Of a stretch of DNA of 64,000 nt, positions 1-12,749 are shown piece after piece (positions within the stretch are counted from its first letter, which is position 1; each line of letters starts with the position of its first letter). The stretch spans positions 51,460,001 through 51,524,000 of the forward strand of contig OZ286462.1 in assembly GCA_965644265.1 (NCBI GenBank), written 5' to 3'. Source of the stretch: Glycera tridactyla. Taxonomy: Eukaryota. The notes under the pieces are model-generated. The model saw only the letters and a program-made list of their open reading frames with translations, was not told the origin of the DNA and did not search any database. Position numbers and translations under genes: made by a program.

Positions 1-1199
1 CAAGCCCATGGTGACTGTGCTGCCCTGTCCATCCTCACAAAGCCTTGATATATATAAGTTTAAATCATGAATCATAAATCGAGCCATGATGAGGCATATC
101 CAGGCCGATATAGACAGTTAATCACAAATTCGGGAATGATCTTCTCCATGTTCGAGCCACCACATCTACCGAGCCATGCAGTGATGTGCACTGGACGAAA
201 TATGATATTCATAGAAATGTAGTGCTTACACTTTATGTGTACTTCATGTATCGAGTTTAATTGAAGTTGAAATTAGTTTCTGCATCATAGTTCAGATCAT
301 CCAATTAACATGATGTTCAGATGGAATTCAATTTCGAGTCCACTTATCTTAGATTTTTCATATATCTACACAGACAACCTCTACATAGACTCATATATGG
401 TTCACATAGTTGATCGAAAACAAATGTTGTCAGGAAATGTCAACCAATTGTGTCTGGTCTCTGTATAGAGGTAAGTTATTAAAAAGAATAGCATCCATCT
501 CTTTCTGGACGGGTAGCCTATATTGGGGAAATCTGATCAGTCGTACAGTCAAATCACTCTTGTTCATATCAAAAAGTGGTCTTGGTCTTTTTCGACAAGT
601 GGTCTTCAAGAAGAGGATGTTTTCCATAGAAATATACAAATACGGTTGCGGTTTGGGATGGCCGCTGTAGACAGATGGTCTTTGTATAGTTCGATCGTCT
701 TTGAAGTAGACTCTGGAATAATTGTTTGCATACGACGTGGTCTGAAATGGTTGCCTTCCCGATGGTAGTCAACCCACATGAAATATCTCACCTCAATGGA
801 ATATGCTGAAACAATGGATGATCTTATTGTCCAAGTCGGATTGTATCTGTCTGTATGATGATGCATAGGCATGCATCGAATCCTGAATCAAGAGGTCCGC
901 CTCACAAGGAGAATGACATTCCCTCATGTCCTCGTGTCAGCCTCTTGTTGAATCACATCGTTTGCTGTCATTTTGGTCAAACCAAAACCATGTTATCTAA
1001 GATAGTGATGTTTCTATCAAAGCCACAATCGAGGGGTCGGTACCTAATATGTAGAACACTTCATGGATATTGGTTCTCTCATATTATCACATCGTCCTCT
1101 TGAAAGTCTCCTATTCCCCATGATGTCTGAACTTTGAAGCATCATTATTACCTAGTCACGTGCTAGCACTGTAACCGCTTTCTCAACTGCCTTGTGTGG

Positions 1200-2030
1200 T
1201 CGTTGTGTGCATGGTCTCCGTCCATAGACCTACATATTGGCATACCTACCTCCATTGTGTGCGTGCTCTCTGTCCATAAGCTTTCATATTGGCATACCTA
1301 CCTCCGTTGTGTGCATGCTCTCTGTCCACGGGCCTACATATTGACATACCTACCTCCGTTGTGTGCATGCTCTCTGTCCATTGGCTCACATATTCGCATA
1401 CCTACCTCCGTTGTGTGCATGCTCTCTGTCCATGGGCCTAAATATTTGCATACCTACCTCCGTTGTGTGCATGCTCTCTGTCCATGGGCCTACATATTGA
1501 CATACCTACCTCCGTTGTGTGCGTGCTCTCTGTCCATGGGCTCACATATTGGCATACCTACCTCCGTTGTGTGCATGCTCTCTGTCCATAGGCCTACATA
1601 TTGGCATACCTACCTCCTTTGTGTGCATGCTCTCTGTCCATGGGCTCACATATTGACATACCTACCTCCGTTGTGTGCGTGCTCTCTGTCCATGGGCCTA
1701 CACATTCGCATACCTACCTCCGTTGTGTGCATGCTCTCTGTCCATAGGCCTACATATTGGCATACCTACCTCCGTTGTGTGCGTGCTCTCTGTCCATGGG
1801 CTCACATATTGACATACCTACCTCCGTTGTGTGCGTGCTCTCTGTCCATGGGCTCACATATTGGCATACCTACCTCCGTTGTGTGCATGCTCTCTGTCCA
1901 TAGGCCTACATATCGGCATACCTACCTCCTTTGTGTGCATGCTCTCTGTCCATAGGCCTACATATTGGCACACCTACCTCCGTTGTGTGCGTGCTCTCTG
2001 TCCATGGGCCTACATATTGGCATACCTACG
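1200..2030. repeat. Minisatellite, 52-bp unit, ~15-16 copies
   Basis: Unit CATACCTACCTCCGTTGTGTGCATGCTCTCTGTCCATGGGCTCACATATTGG (with variants) recurs at 1241, 1293, 1345 ... 2021, a period of exactly 52 bp. Confidence 0.97.
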
Positions 2031-4879
2031 TCACTACCTGTATCGCGGAGGCTACTTCGCTTTATTGACTTCTGGCAACAATGCCTTCATTGTTCAGTTA
2101 ACCCACGACCTGCTTCTACAGCAAATAGCGTGAGATCTTATCCTCCCAATATTATTCACAGGTTACATCATAAACGGAAAGAATGGTGTCCAAACTGATT
2201 CAGGGAACAACCGATTAAAGTGAATTCTTTCTGTATTGTCTTGAATGTTTCTCTAAATTATTCTTTTATCTGGCTACAGAGTATAGATCAAAGTAATTGA
2301 TCCGCATGAATATTACATGATAGTCTTTCACCAGCTATTCCTGTCTGAGAATGATGTCCAATCAATTTACTGTATTGCTGTTGATAATTGTCTAATTGAT
2401 GGCAATGTATAAAGATGTCATTACGCTCCAATACCCTGCTATTTCAATGTGTCTATGCTCATTTTCTTGCATTTTAGTGCTCTCAAGAGACATTTCTGAC
2501 TGAAGTCAAATACAGATGTCTCAAACAAACTCAAACATAATATGTACATGGTTTTTGACTCGAGACCATGTGGCAAAATGGATAGAATTCATCATATCCT
2601 GACGTGGGAAAAGATTAACTGTCAAGTAACTCTTTGAATATAAGGGATTCTCAGAGCCTGAATGTGATAAACTCTCTGTGATTCAAACGTTCTATCAATG
2701 CATGATTGTACATATATCTATTTCCAATGGCCTCATTATATGAATAATGTCAACTTTACTTTTTCAGTAAACTCGAACAGATGGTATCAAGATATCCTCC
2801 ACTCCTGGTAGCTATCCATGACCACCATGTCTCTTCCAAATTTGAATACCATTTCGATGTAATCAATTACCGAATGATGCATGAGCATCCACAAACTGTT
2901 TGAAACATAGGTTAAACATCAATCATGATGTTTTCATCATAAAGATCAAGGCAGGAAGACACCGAGCAGCGTGATCTCAGTTTTTTCATCGAAACATATC
3001 CAAAGATATAGACCTAAAGTTCCAAAAGCACGATAGCAAACTATAGAGGATCAATTGCCAGAGCACCGAATGCCTAGTAGATGGTCATATTGTTGCCTAA
3101 ATACCACTCAAAATAATCTCAACACAAGTACACCTATATACGGAATAGGCCAAGGAGGTTCGGCAATGTGATATGACACCAGATATCATGCCTTATCTGA
3201 ACCAGAGACCGATATGAGTTCAGGGTTTTGGTGGGTTCGTGACTGCCACCAAGTGCTGAAGACTAGAAATAGTAGTTCTGCCACCAGTGAATGCGAGTCA
3301 CTCGGACACTAAGTCACCAATCCTGTAATATCGATAGTTTTTCAATCTGCTTTTGTCTTGTTGGTAATGAGAGTGAATAAGGCTCTGTCACATGAAACAT
3401 ATCACCTGTGCTTGGTAGTACACATTCTGCAGGACGACGCCCATTCCAATGGATCAGTGAGGAAGCAGAAAGGTGAGATGTTGCTGACAGGTGTAGAGTG
3501 CCACTCACTGAACATTCTTCTCTCCCCATAGACACCAGGTGACTTCGCGCTGGCTGATAGGATGGTATCTCACCTGTGGATTGGTCATGCTCACACCTAC
3601 ATTTCACCGGACAAATCTGCAGTTGACAATGATCCATCATAATCACCCCTTTAAAATACATTTGTGATTACGATTATTTGCCGAAGGAGATATCATGGGT
3701 GTTATTGGACAATGAATTTTCTGACCAGCTGATTTCTCATGATATTTTGAGCTCGAGATAACTCGATATATGATGGTACGGAATGCGAGGTTAGGTGATG
3801 ATGCATTGCCCATGGATGTCAATAAAGGGTTTTTTAAACAGATACAAACTGTTTTTTGCCAGTCGTAACATCATGTATGGGTGGTGGATTTCACCACATT
3901 TATCTGAGGCATAGTGGCACATTTCTTCTCGCTAACCAACTGGCAAATAAGTTGACAAGACAAGTCAGCTAATACTCGCATTACAAGTTTAGGACCTATT
4001 GTAACTTTCCGTCTGAAAGATGAGTATTGCTAATCTATGATTCAAAGTGTTTGGGGATTCATGGAGCCTTTATTTACAGGGGGACTCAGGTGTCTCCCTG
4101 TCCAATGTGAACTCGAATTATTGACTCGAAAACCAGAGTGTGTGATCGATACCATTAAATCAGCCTTATCGATAACCTGTCCCAGTGAAAGGTGCCAAAA
4201 ACACAATGTGTATGACCCCCAGTGAAACGTACAATTATCCAGACAAATTGGGAGTAGAAAACATACTATTCCCCTACCATTAGTAAATGTACACCGCCTG
4301 ATATAAGGTGTTTTCAAGAAGTGTCATTGTAAATATAATATCTCGATTATCATGTAAAGAAATCTCCCATAGATGATCCGAAGCAATTTCTCTTTTCTTC
4401 TATCATATCGACTTACCTCAGTTAAAGTCATCGACACAATTTCCAGCATGGTCAATAATTCGATCCTATCTGATGAATCATCTGATTATTTGTAAATGAG
4501 GAAAACAGATCCATTTGTTCAACATCTTAATATTTTTATTACAATTATTACAATCATCACATTCACATCACCTCGGAAGGTATCCAATGGTTAGATTCAC
4601 TAGCAGCATGCTAGCAGCTGTAATTACACCACCATTCCTGTCCGTCGGATACTAGTCCATATTGGTAGTTAGAATGATGGGGGAGTGAATCTCTCTCTGG
4701 TTGACTTGCATATCGCCTGTGCAGGTTCTTTCCTCACACTAAGAAGGTATCATGAAATGATAAAGCAATTATCTCTACAATCATGACTAGAGAACATCAC
4801 TATCTCCCCCTCACTGACAAAAACACAGTTTGTTCGAGATGATATGTACACATATGATTGCGAAAAGCATACATTTTTC

Positions 4880-5300
4880 AAGAAAGTTGTGGTGGTTCCA
4901 GTGGCGATGGCAGTGTCATCGTATGCCATCCATGCAGTATCCGTGGGATCTTTTGAAAGAAAGGCTTCGAATGTATTTTTTTCAGAATATAATAATCGCA
5001 ATTATGATGCAGATTGCCATGTGCCACAACTTTGAAGCACTTTCTGGATTTGTTGTTTATGTTGACCGCAAAATTCTTCGTCAAATTGCGAGAAAAGAAA
5101 TAGATATCCACAAGCCATTTCACGAGTATATTCTGCATTGATATACATGAATTCGGCTGGTATGTGGACAATACCAGCCCAATTGCCTTGTTTTTGAGTT
5201 TTTTTCGAGAACGTGTTTATTCAATTTCAGTCTCCCAAAGAGACTGGATGTGAAGGTTTTTGTGAAGTCAACATAGAATCGAGGTATATGCGATATAGAA
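4880..5300. repeat. Dispersed duplicated block, copy 1 (partner at ~8880-9300)
   Basis: Colinear similarity to 8880-9300, e.g. GAAAGGCTTCGAATGTA and ATGTGCCACAACTTTGAAG are shared. Identity is unknown; it may be the 3' flank of a duplicated GPCR unit. Confidence 0.75.
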
Positions 5301-5665
5301 AGAGAGAGGCAATTACCACGCACCAAAGTTGTTAGAGATGGGTGAGAGGCCCTTGGCTAGACTGTATAGAAAGGTCAATATGATGAAAATGACCTCACAG
5401 TATAGAGGCTCATTCACACGCTATATGCCTGACCTATATTTAAAGTCATTTCAACTGAAATTTGTCAGATAGCAACATCAATGACCATAGGTCAATCTCA
5501 CAGTTGAATGCATCCAGATGTTTTTTTGCTATACCATCTATGCTACCCCTGTCACTAGGGCCTGTCAATTGATTGCAGCAAGAACTTCATTCATTCATCC
5601 TATGACATCTCAACTAAGACACCTAATTTTCAAACTAGTGCACAGGCATGTGGTATGACACACAG

Positions 5666-6604
5666 TTATGTGTGATTGTCTGTGGGTCTTTTGCAGGCCT
5701 TATTCTGGTAGATTATTTCAAGAAATGCCTTTCGAAATTGTGAACTTCTCCAGCCATATACTAAAGGGTTGACACAGCAATTACAATGCCAAATAAATGA
5801 GACAACAGGTGCACATCGTCCATAATCTTCTGGTCCTAAGACTCCACACATGATCAGTGTTATGGATAGTACATATGGGAGTGTCAGAAGGATATATAAC
5901 CCAATCACACATGCACCCATCTTCAAGATCTTCATACCATTACTGGCTGGGACAAAACCAACCCCTACAGGGCGCACTTCAACTATATTCCTCCTCCATG
6001 CTTCTCTGAATATCAAGCTATACATTGAGATAAGTATTATATATGTGAGCCATAGACCAACACAAGACCAAAGTATCTCTGAGAATTGCCAAGTCGATTC
6101 ATCCATGCACCGTCTGTCCCCCGTTTCCACCTGAATTTGGTATCCAGTATAACCCAGAGTTATAATCCACAAAGAGCCAGTAACATACACACACCTCTTC
6201 TTTGTTACATAGATATAATACTTGAGTGGATGCATGATGAATATGTAGCGATCAATTGCAATCAGCAACACTGCAAATATATTACCATAGGCGTAGCATC
6301 CTATCAAAAATGTATAAATCTCACAGAACACATCCACTGTCTTTTGAGATTGTCCAAGGTCGTAATGAACAACAAAATAGGCCACAGATCCTGGCTGAGA
6401 TAGGACATCACAAATTGCTAAGTACAGAATCAGGATATTCGATATAGTTTGCAAGTTTTCAAACCGATAAATAGCATACATTGTCAGGGAATTACCAATG
6501 AGGGACATGAATCCCACAATAATCCGCAATATAGTGAAGACTTCCATCATGAAAGGTTCTGGGGTATTCAAGGAGTTGCTGTTGTTGCCAGGAATGAGAG
6601 TCAT
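5666..6604 (-). CDS. Intronless class A GPCR (array gene 1), 312 aa
   Basis: Seven hydrophobic segments; GN (TM1), LAICD (TM2), C3.25, AIDRY, ECL2 Cys (DRRC), TLPY (TM6), NPLVY, helix-8 FRKAF; N-terminal NxS sequon. Confidence 0.95.
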   Translation of the reverse strand: MTLIPGNNSNSLNTPEPFMMEVFTILRIIVGFMSLIGNSLTMYAIYRFENLQTISNILILYLAICDVLSQPGSVAYFVVHYDLGQSQKTVDVFCEIYTFLIGCYAYGNIFAVLLIAIDRYIFIMHPLKYYIYVTKKRCVYVTGSLWIITLGYTGYQIQVETGDRRCMDESTWQFSEILWSCVGLWLTYIILISMYSLIFREAWRRNIVEVRPVGVGFVPASNGMKILKMGACVIGLYILLTLPYVLSITLIMCGVLGPEDYGRCAPVVSFIWHCNCCVNPLVYGWRSSQFRKAFLEIIYQNKACKRPTDNHT

Positions 6605-8059
6605 CCTAAAGTTTGCCTCTGAAACAGTGGATTATCCGATGTAAGCTGTCTCACATGGGGCATTTGACATCAGTGAAATGTTGGAACAATAGACATTTGT
6701 GCGTTCCCGTATGAATTATATCCGGTATAGATATGCAATGATATGTCTGTCATGCAACGAATGTTGGAAGTATCCATACTATTAAGTATAGTAAAATTCT
6801 TGTATGTTGCTGTATCACCCTCTCATTGCAGTATGGAATCGCATTGTTTGCTGTCTTATCAGGTCTTAACCAAGACCAATATCCAAGGCACCAAAGTCAC
6901 CAAATATGTAGGATAGTTCATAGAAATGTGAACTCTCATGGTAATCCTCTGTCTGATATCTTGATCCACGTATGTTGATGGGCCTTTTTGAGCCATGGTT
7001 CCAGGCCAGCCATCTGCTGGTGTAGTATGGTGCCTCGTATCTTGACTCCTGCATTGAGTTACACCATTGTGTGCACATTCGGTGTCAACATCAGGACAGT
7101 TGAGTATGTTGACAAAGCTAGCATGTTACCTTGCATATTGATGATACATCGTTTGATAGTCTTTATCGATTGGGCTCTCTGTTGATCATGAATGAAACCA
7201 CCTCCATCGGAATCCCACACCTCATCCTACATCAGCAGGCTGTTCAGTTGAGCTAACCGAGAAAACGTTCGCCAAATCCCCCATCAAATATTCTCTATCT
7301 CAAGGGTGTCGAAAAGGAATGGGGACCCTTTTTCCGTTACTAAACGTCAGCGATTGTTAGCTGCAACTGAAGACCCTGCTGATTATGGTGAAATGTGTTA
7401 GTCTGATCCTTTGACTGATGGTGAAGCCTCTACTCATAGTATATGTACTTCATGTTTAAATCAGGGCCGTGGTGACTAACTAGCATGTGAACTACCCAGT
7501 CCATCCCAATCTAGTCTGGATATACATGTTCAAATCATGAATTATAGATCTAGCAATGATGGGGCATATCCAGAAGATATACACATTCAAACACAAGTCA
7601 GAGGGACGGCATTGTATTCCCCAAGTTTGAGATGCCATATATTTCGTGCAGAGTGGATGCGAAGAATTGAAAGAGAAGAATACCATCAATAAAGAAAAAA
7701 TGTCGCCATCACACCCCACTCATGACTGACTCAGCAACAGCTGAAACAACACAAGCAAGTGGGACTGGTCATCAGTGAAATAGCTGACCAGGTATTTGGG
7801 CCTTCAATTCCCATACCCCTAAAGAAAGGAGACCTGGTGGCTGATCCGAGATAAAAAGAATCATCACTCCTGTCGGAAGCTAAGCCACATCCTGTCAGCA
7901 GCAAAATTATCCTAATGGATACGGTATCCTCCCTAAATAAGTGTGAGATACAAATATGAGAAAGAGGGGGAAGAATATCAGAGAATCATTGGTCGTGAAT
8001 GACAAAACATCGAAATGGATGCAAGGGGATTGAATTTGTGTGAAGATAAAAATAAATGT

Positions 8060-8810
8060 CACCAAACATCTTGTTTCTGATGATCTGTACTCCTCTAAGC
8101 GTACTACTAAAAGTCTGCCCATCTATTACACAGAATGCTGTAGATGACTGCACATTGTATGAGCTTATCTTCTTTGTCTTTGGGTTGGACTGGGAGGGTT
8201 CATATGGTTTGTTGGGGTCTGACTGCTCCTGCGACTGGTGTTTCTTGTCAACACGCCGTATTTTCTCTGTGGAACCCTCAATATAAGGTATGACTACCCT
8301 GCCTTTTGTTTTTTTTCTTTCTCCATGCCTGTCCCATCTGTTAGAGAGGTGCTCGTTAATTCTTCATCGCTCTCTTGGTTTTATTGAAGGCCCACACTTT
8401 GCAAGAGCGTCCATTATACGATTTTCTACGATTTTTCTGTCCTCTTCTTCTCATACTATGTTGGCATTCCTATCGAGGAGGGTTTGGGTCACTGACAATT
8501 TTTGACTACTATGCCTCTTAGTTTTTTTCTTTCTCCATGCCTTTCCCATCTGTTGGAAAGGTGCTGCATTAATTATTCATCGCTCTCTTGGTTTTATCGA
8601 AGGCCCACACTTCGCAAGAGCGTCCATTATATGATTGTCTTCGATTTTCCTGTACTCTTCTTCTTATACTATGTTGGCATTCCTATCTTGCAGGGTTTGG
8701 GTCACTGACAATTTTTGATGTAGAGGATGGTAAGAGCTGAATTTCAAATGTTGATGAGAATGAGTGGGCTCACGGTATAACAGCAATTTCATGGATCCAC
8801 CCCGCTATCT
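8060..8810 (-). mobile_element. Penelope-like retroelement fragment (RT C-terminus, linker, start of the GIY-YIG region), degenerate, with an internal 212-bp tandem duplication
   Basis: Minus-strand translation gives GSMKLLLYREPTHSHQHLKFSSYHPLHQKLSVTQTL..IV*EEE..ALAKCG, then KGRVVIPYIEGSTEKIRRV.KKH and, after a frameshift, RPQQTI*TLPVQPKDKEDK..CAVIYSILC. These match the characteristic PLE motifs. 8291-8502 is duplicated at 8503-8718. Confidence 0.85.
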
Positions 8811-8879
8811 CACCATGAGGGTGTCCTTGAAGAGAATATACCTTCCTTTTCAGGTTCATGAAACATTTTTCAAGGGTGC

Positions 8880-9300
8880 TGGTGGTTGCAGTGGTGATGG
8901 CAGTGTAATCGTATGCCAGCCGGAACATGGGATCTATTGGAAGAAAGGCTTCGAATGTATGACTTTTCAGAATATATCAATCGCAATGGTGACGCATTTT
9001 GCTATGTGCCACAACTTTGAAGGGCTTTCTCGATTTGTTGTTCATTTTGACTGCAAACTCCTTTATCAAATTGTGAGAAAATGGATAGATACCCACAAGA
9101 CATTCCACAGGTCAATTCTGCATTGATATACACAAATTCTGCTGGTTTCTTCATAAGACCAGCCAAATTGCCTCGATCTTGAATCAAAGATGATTTCCGA
9201 GAAAGTGTTCATTCGATTTCACTCTCCTGAGGAGAGACTGGCTGCGATTTATTTTGTGCAATCATAAAAGTAGAACATAGAATCAAGGTGTATGCAAATA
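8880..9300. repeat. Dispersed duplicated block, copy 2 (partner at ~4880-5300)
   Basis: Colinear similarity with 4880-5300. Confidence 0.75.
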
Positions 9301-11783
9301 ACAAGAAAAAGAGCGAGTGTGTATTTCACGATACACAATTGAAATGTATGAAATATTTTTTTCGGGAATTATCCAATATCTTGTGGATTCAAGCCTGGGA
9401 TCTCCAGCATGGCACCAACCGGCTAGCTTGTAGAGAAACAAGCTGTTCTACTCGCTGAGGTATGAGGACCACTCCAATAAAAGTGGCCATGCACCTCAGA
9501 CAGGAGCATGCTCCACTACTCACATAGCCTCCCAGTTGACCATTTTTGTATTTGTATTTGTTTATTATCTTAACTCCACCAGGAATGTCCGAAGACTATA
9601 TTTTCCCTTTCGAGTACAACAAAAGGTATTATGACAATACAATATGTACAAAATATGGAAAGAATAAAAGAAATTTGGCACAGATTCAATGGCGTCGTCA
9701 TTCAAACGGACAAAAATAGACAATGACGTCAATATGTCATACAGTCAAGAGTCTAACCATCCACTAGAGAGTCCGCGCCATATGGTGCTTTCCAACAGAC
9801 TATATTAATTCCAATTAAGTTCCAATATAAACTTATATCACTAGATCTAATTTGTTCAACAACAAAAGATAAATGCACATTGGCTGTCTATTTGTGGCAC
9901 CATAGACATCATACATTCGACCAAGAAACAGATTTTACATGGCTTTACATGGCACGTATATTTACTGTCCTCAGAAGGGACAGAGTCCAGGTTCCAAAAA
10001 CTATCCTTGAAACTGATAACTATAAAATTCCATATATGGAAATTTTCGAGGACTTATAAACTGAAAAATACAACAAAGGCAACCGATTTGAGACACATAA
10101 TAAACATTCTCACTTAGAGTCAAGATATTTGAGATATTAAACATTGGGTCTGTGCCATTTGGCCATCCAGTCATACTTCCATGCAAAGGGAGATGGTTGG
10201 AAAGAAACTGGGTTGGTACCATGCTTGAGGTCCCAGGTTCAAATTCACAAGAAACCGGATGAATTCCGGAAATGTAATCTCATATCAATGGTGTATCGTG
10301 AAACACAGTATCATTCTGATCTTCTCCCACTGCATGAAAGTTTTACAAAAGAGAAAAAGCGGTGATCATCACGCACCAAAGTGAGGCACAGACCCCCCCC
10401 CATTCCTATTGAAATTTCATACAGCCATGAGGGAATTCACAACTCAGAACAATTCAATCAAGCAATCGTTTGAACAAATATAATGCAATCAAGCAATCGT
10501 TTGAACAAATATATATTCATTTCTTCATTCTGCTATGTTTCAGCAGAAAAAAGGAACAGCCATATCTGTTAAGAACCCCCCCCCCCAAAAAAAAAAAATA
10601 TCCACACCAATGCATTCTTGAAGAAGATTGCCAGAATTATCAAATTGTCAGTGATAAAAGGGTCCAGTTCTAGCACTGCAGGACATCATTGCCTAACCAA
10701 GTGAAAGTACTCAAGTCATATCAGCACTACACAGACACTGCACCTTGTGGCTGAGTCGCTTTCGCCTCAGCCGTTGCAGCACATGGACAAACATGCTAGT
10801 GATACAGAGGACATTGCTTCGTAATTGATGCACCGATTGATCAGCACTTCTGATTACTCAGCATATCTGATTCTAATCTAATCTCTCTCTCTGCAATGAT
10901 ATGCTATTAATTAGGATTTTCTGACATAAATGGCAATCAATGGATTCATTCAATTTCGACTTCAATATGTTTGACTCATTTCATACTTTCTACAGCAGGA
11001 AATGTCTATTCAGTGACTCCAAGTCTCATAGCAGGTTCCTCCTAGGGTAGAAATATTTGAAAGATTTGTTCCACCCTTTCAAATTGATGATCTCGCTTGG
11101 TCCATCAGTGGATGATTTTCCATCTTCAAATCCCAGATTGTCACTTTCACTGAATCGATAGATCTTTCGATCTTTCAATTATTAATTGATCAATCAATCA
11201 ATCAAAAGATGATCATGATATGCAATCGGTTGATATATTGATATTTTTCCACCTTCCTTACATTAATCAGTCTCACACTGAAACTGAAATAAACGTGATC
11301 CAAATGAAGGTAAAAGACACATTAGTCCAATAACACTGAGAATACTTTGAAAATATGAGCTTCCGCAACCAGTCAGTATCCCAAACAAATGTACATCTCG
11401 TGGTCTCGACTTGATATTTGTTGCATATTCCTGGTTCGCACATATGTATCAAACTATTGCCTTTCAACATTTTATATACATTCAATGCTAGTATGCATGA
11501 ATTGAAATGATTCATGGATCATCCATTCTTTTTCAAACTAATGTGTCTATGAACATTCTCTGGCATTATTCTGATGTAACATATGCTATGATATGACATC
11601 TGATATGCTATGATATGATATGAGGAGGCATGACGTGATGGGGATCGATATAATTGATATAATTGACATTATGATAAACACCCTTTTCAGTCATAGTCAA
11701 ACAACATTTGTGAAAATGACAGATTTTCTCTCTGTATTTCTAACACCATCCTTCAAGACTAGACATTATGTGTGACTGTTTTG

Positions 11784-12749
11784 TTATCTGTTTGGGGCCG
11801 TTTTCTTGCAGACAATTTCAAGAAATGCCTTACGAAACTCTGAGCTCCTCCAGCCATATATCAAAGGATTGATGCAGCAATTACAATGCCAAATCACTGA
11901 GACAGCAGGTGCATACCTGTTATAATCCTCCAAATCTAGAATTCCACATGTGATCTGTGTCAGAGAGATTGCATAGGGGAAAGTTAGGATTATATACACC
12001 CCAATCACGCATGCACTCATTTTCAATATCTTCAAACCATTTGTAGCCGAGACAAAGCTCACTCCCAGAGGGCGCACAACCACAATATTCGTCTTCCATG
12101 CTTCTTTGAATATGGCGCTGTACATTGAGATGAGTATGATATATGTAAGCCATAGACCAACACAGGATAAAAGCATCTCTGTGTATTGGTTAGCAAATTC
12201 ATGCATGCAGTTCATATCTCCAATACCCTTATAGATATGATATCCAGCAAACCCTATGATTACAATCCACAAAGAGCCAATAGCATACCTAAGTCTTTCC
12301 TTTGTTACATAGATATAATACTTGAGGGGGTGCATGATGGAAATGTAGCGATCAATTGTAATCAACGCTATTCCACATACATTACCATAGCCATAGCACT
12401 CTATCAAGAATGTATAGGTCTGACAGAAGATGACTATCGACTTGTCCGATTGTCCCAGGTCATAATGCAGAGCAAAATAGGCCAACGATCCAGGATGAGA
12501 CAAGACATCACAAACTGCCAAATGCAGTATGAGGATATTTGATAAGGTTTGCAAGTATTTATACTGATGAATGGCATAGATGGTCAGTGAATTACCAATT
12601 AGGGAAAGAAATCCTAATATGACACGTAATATGATGATTACATCGAACATGAAAGGTTCAGAGTCATCCAATAGATTGCTGTTGTTAAGAGGAATGGCAG
12701 TTGTTTCGAAGCTGGCCTCTGATTCAGTGGATCTTCCGATGGTAGCCAT
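11784..12749 (-). CDS. Intronless class A GPCR (array gene 2), 321 aa
   Basis: 7TM pattern; IGN, LAVCD, FCQ (C3.25), TIDRY, TFPY, NPLIY, FRKAF. Confidence 0.95.
   Translation of the reverse strand: MATIGRSTESEASFETTAIPLNNSNLLDDSEPFMFDVIIILRVILGFLSLIGNSLTIYAIHQYKYLQTLSNILILHLAVCDVLSHPGSLAYFALHYDLGQSDKSIVIFCQTYTFLIECYGYGNVCGIALITIDRYISIMHPLKYYIYVTKERLRYAIGSLWIVIIGFAGYHIYKGIGDMNCMHEFANQYTEMLLSCVGLWLTYIILISMYSAIFKEAWKTNIVVVRPLGVSFVSATNGLKILKMSACVIGVYIILTFPYAISLTQITCGILDLEDYNRYAPAVSVIWHCNCCINPLIYGWRSSEFRKAFLEIVCKKTAPNR

Noticed and set aside
1194-2198. 253-aa, 100-aa and 77-aa plus-strand ORFs
   Set aside because: They are translations of the 52-bp minisatellite. The periodic peptide simply cycles through the three frames.
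2100-4500. Possible decayed LTR-retrotransposon pol (a PLNQPYR-like motif near 4150); similarly 38200-38750
   Set aside because: Only isolated, weak motifs are present, with no YxDD, integrase triad or LTR pair visible. These cannot be supported without a profile search.
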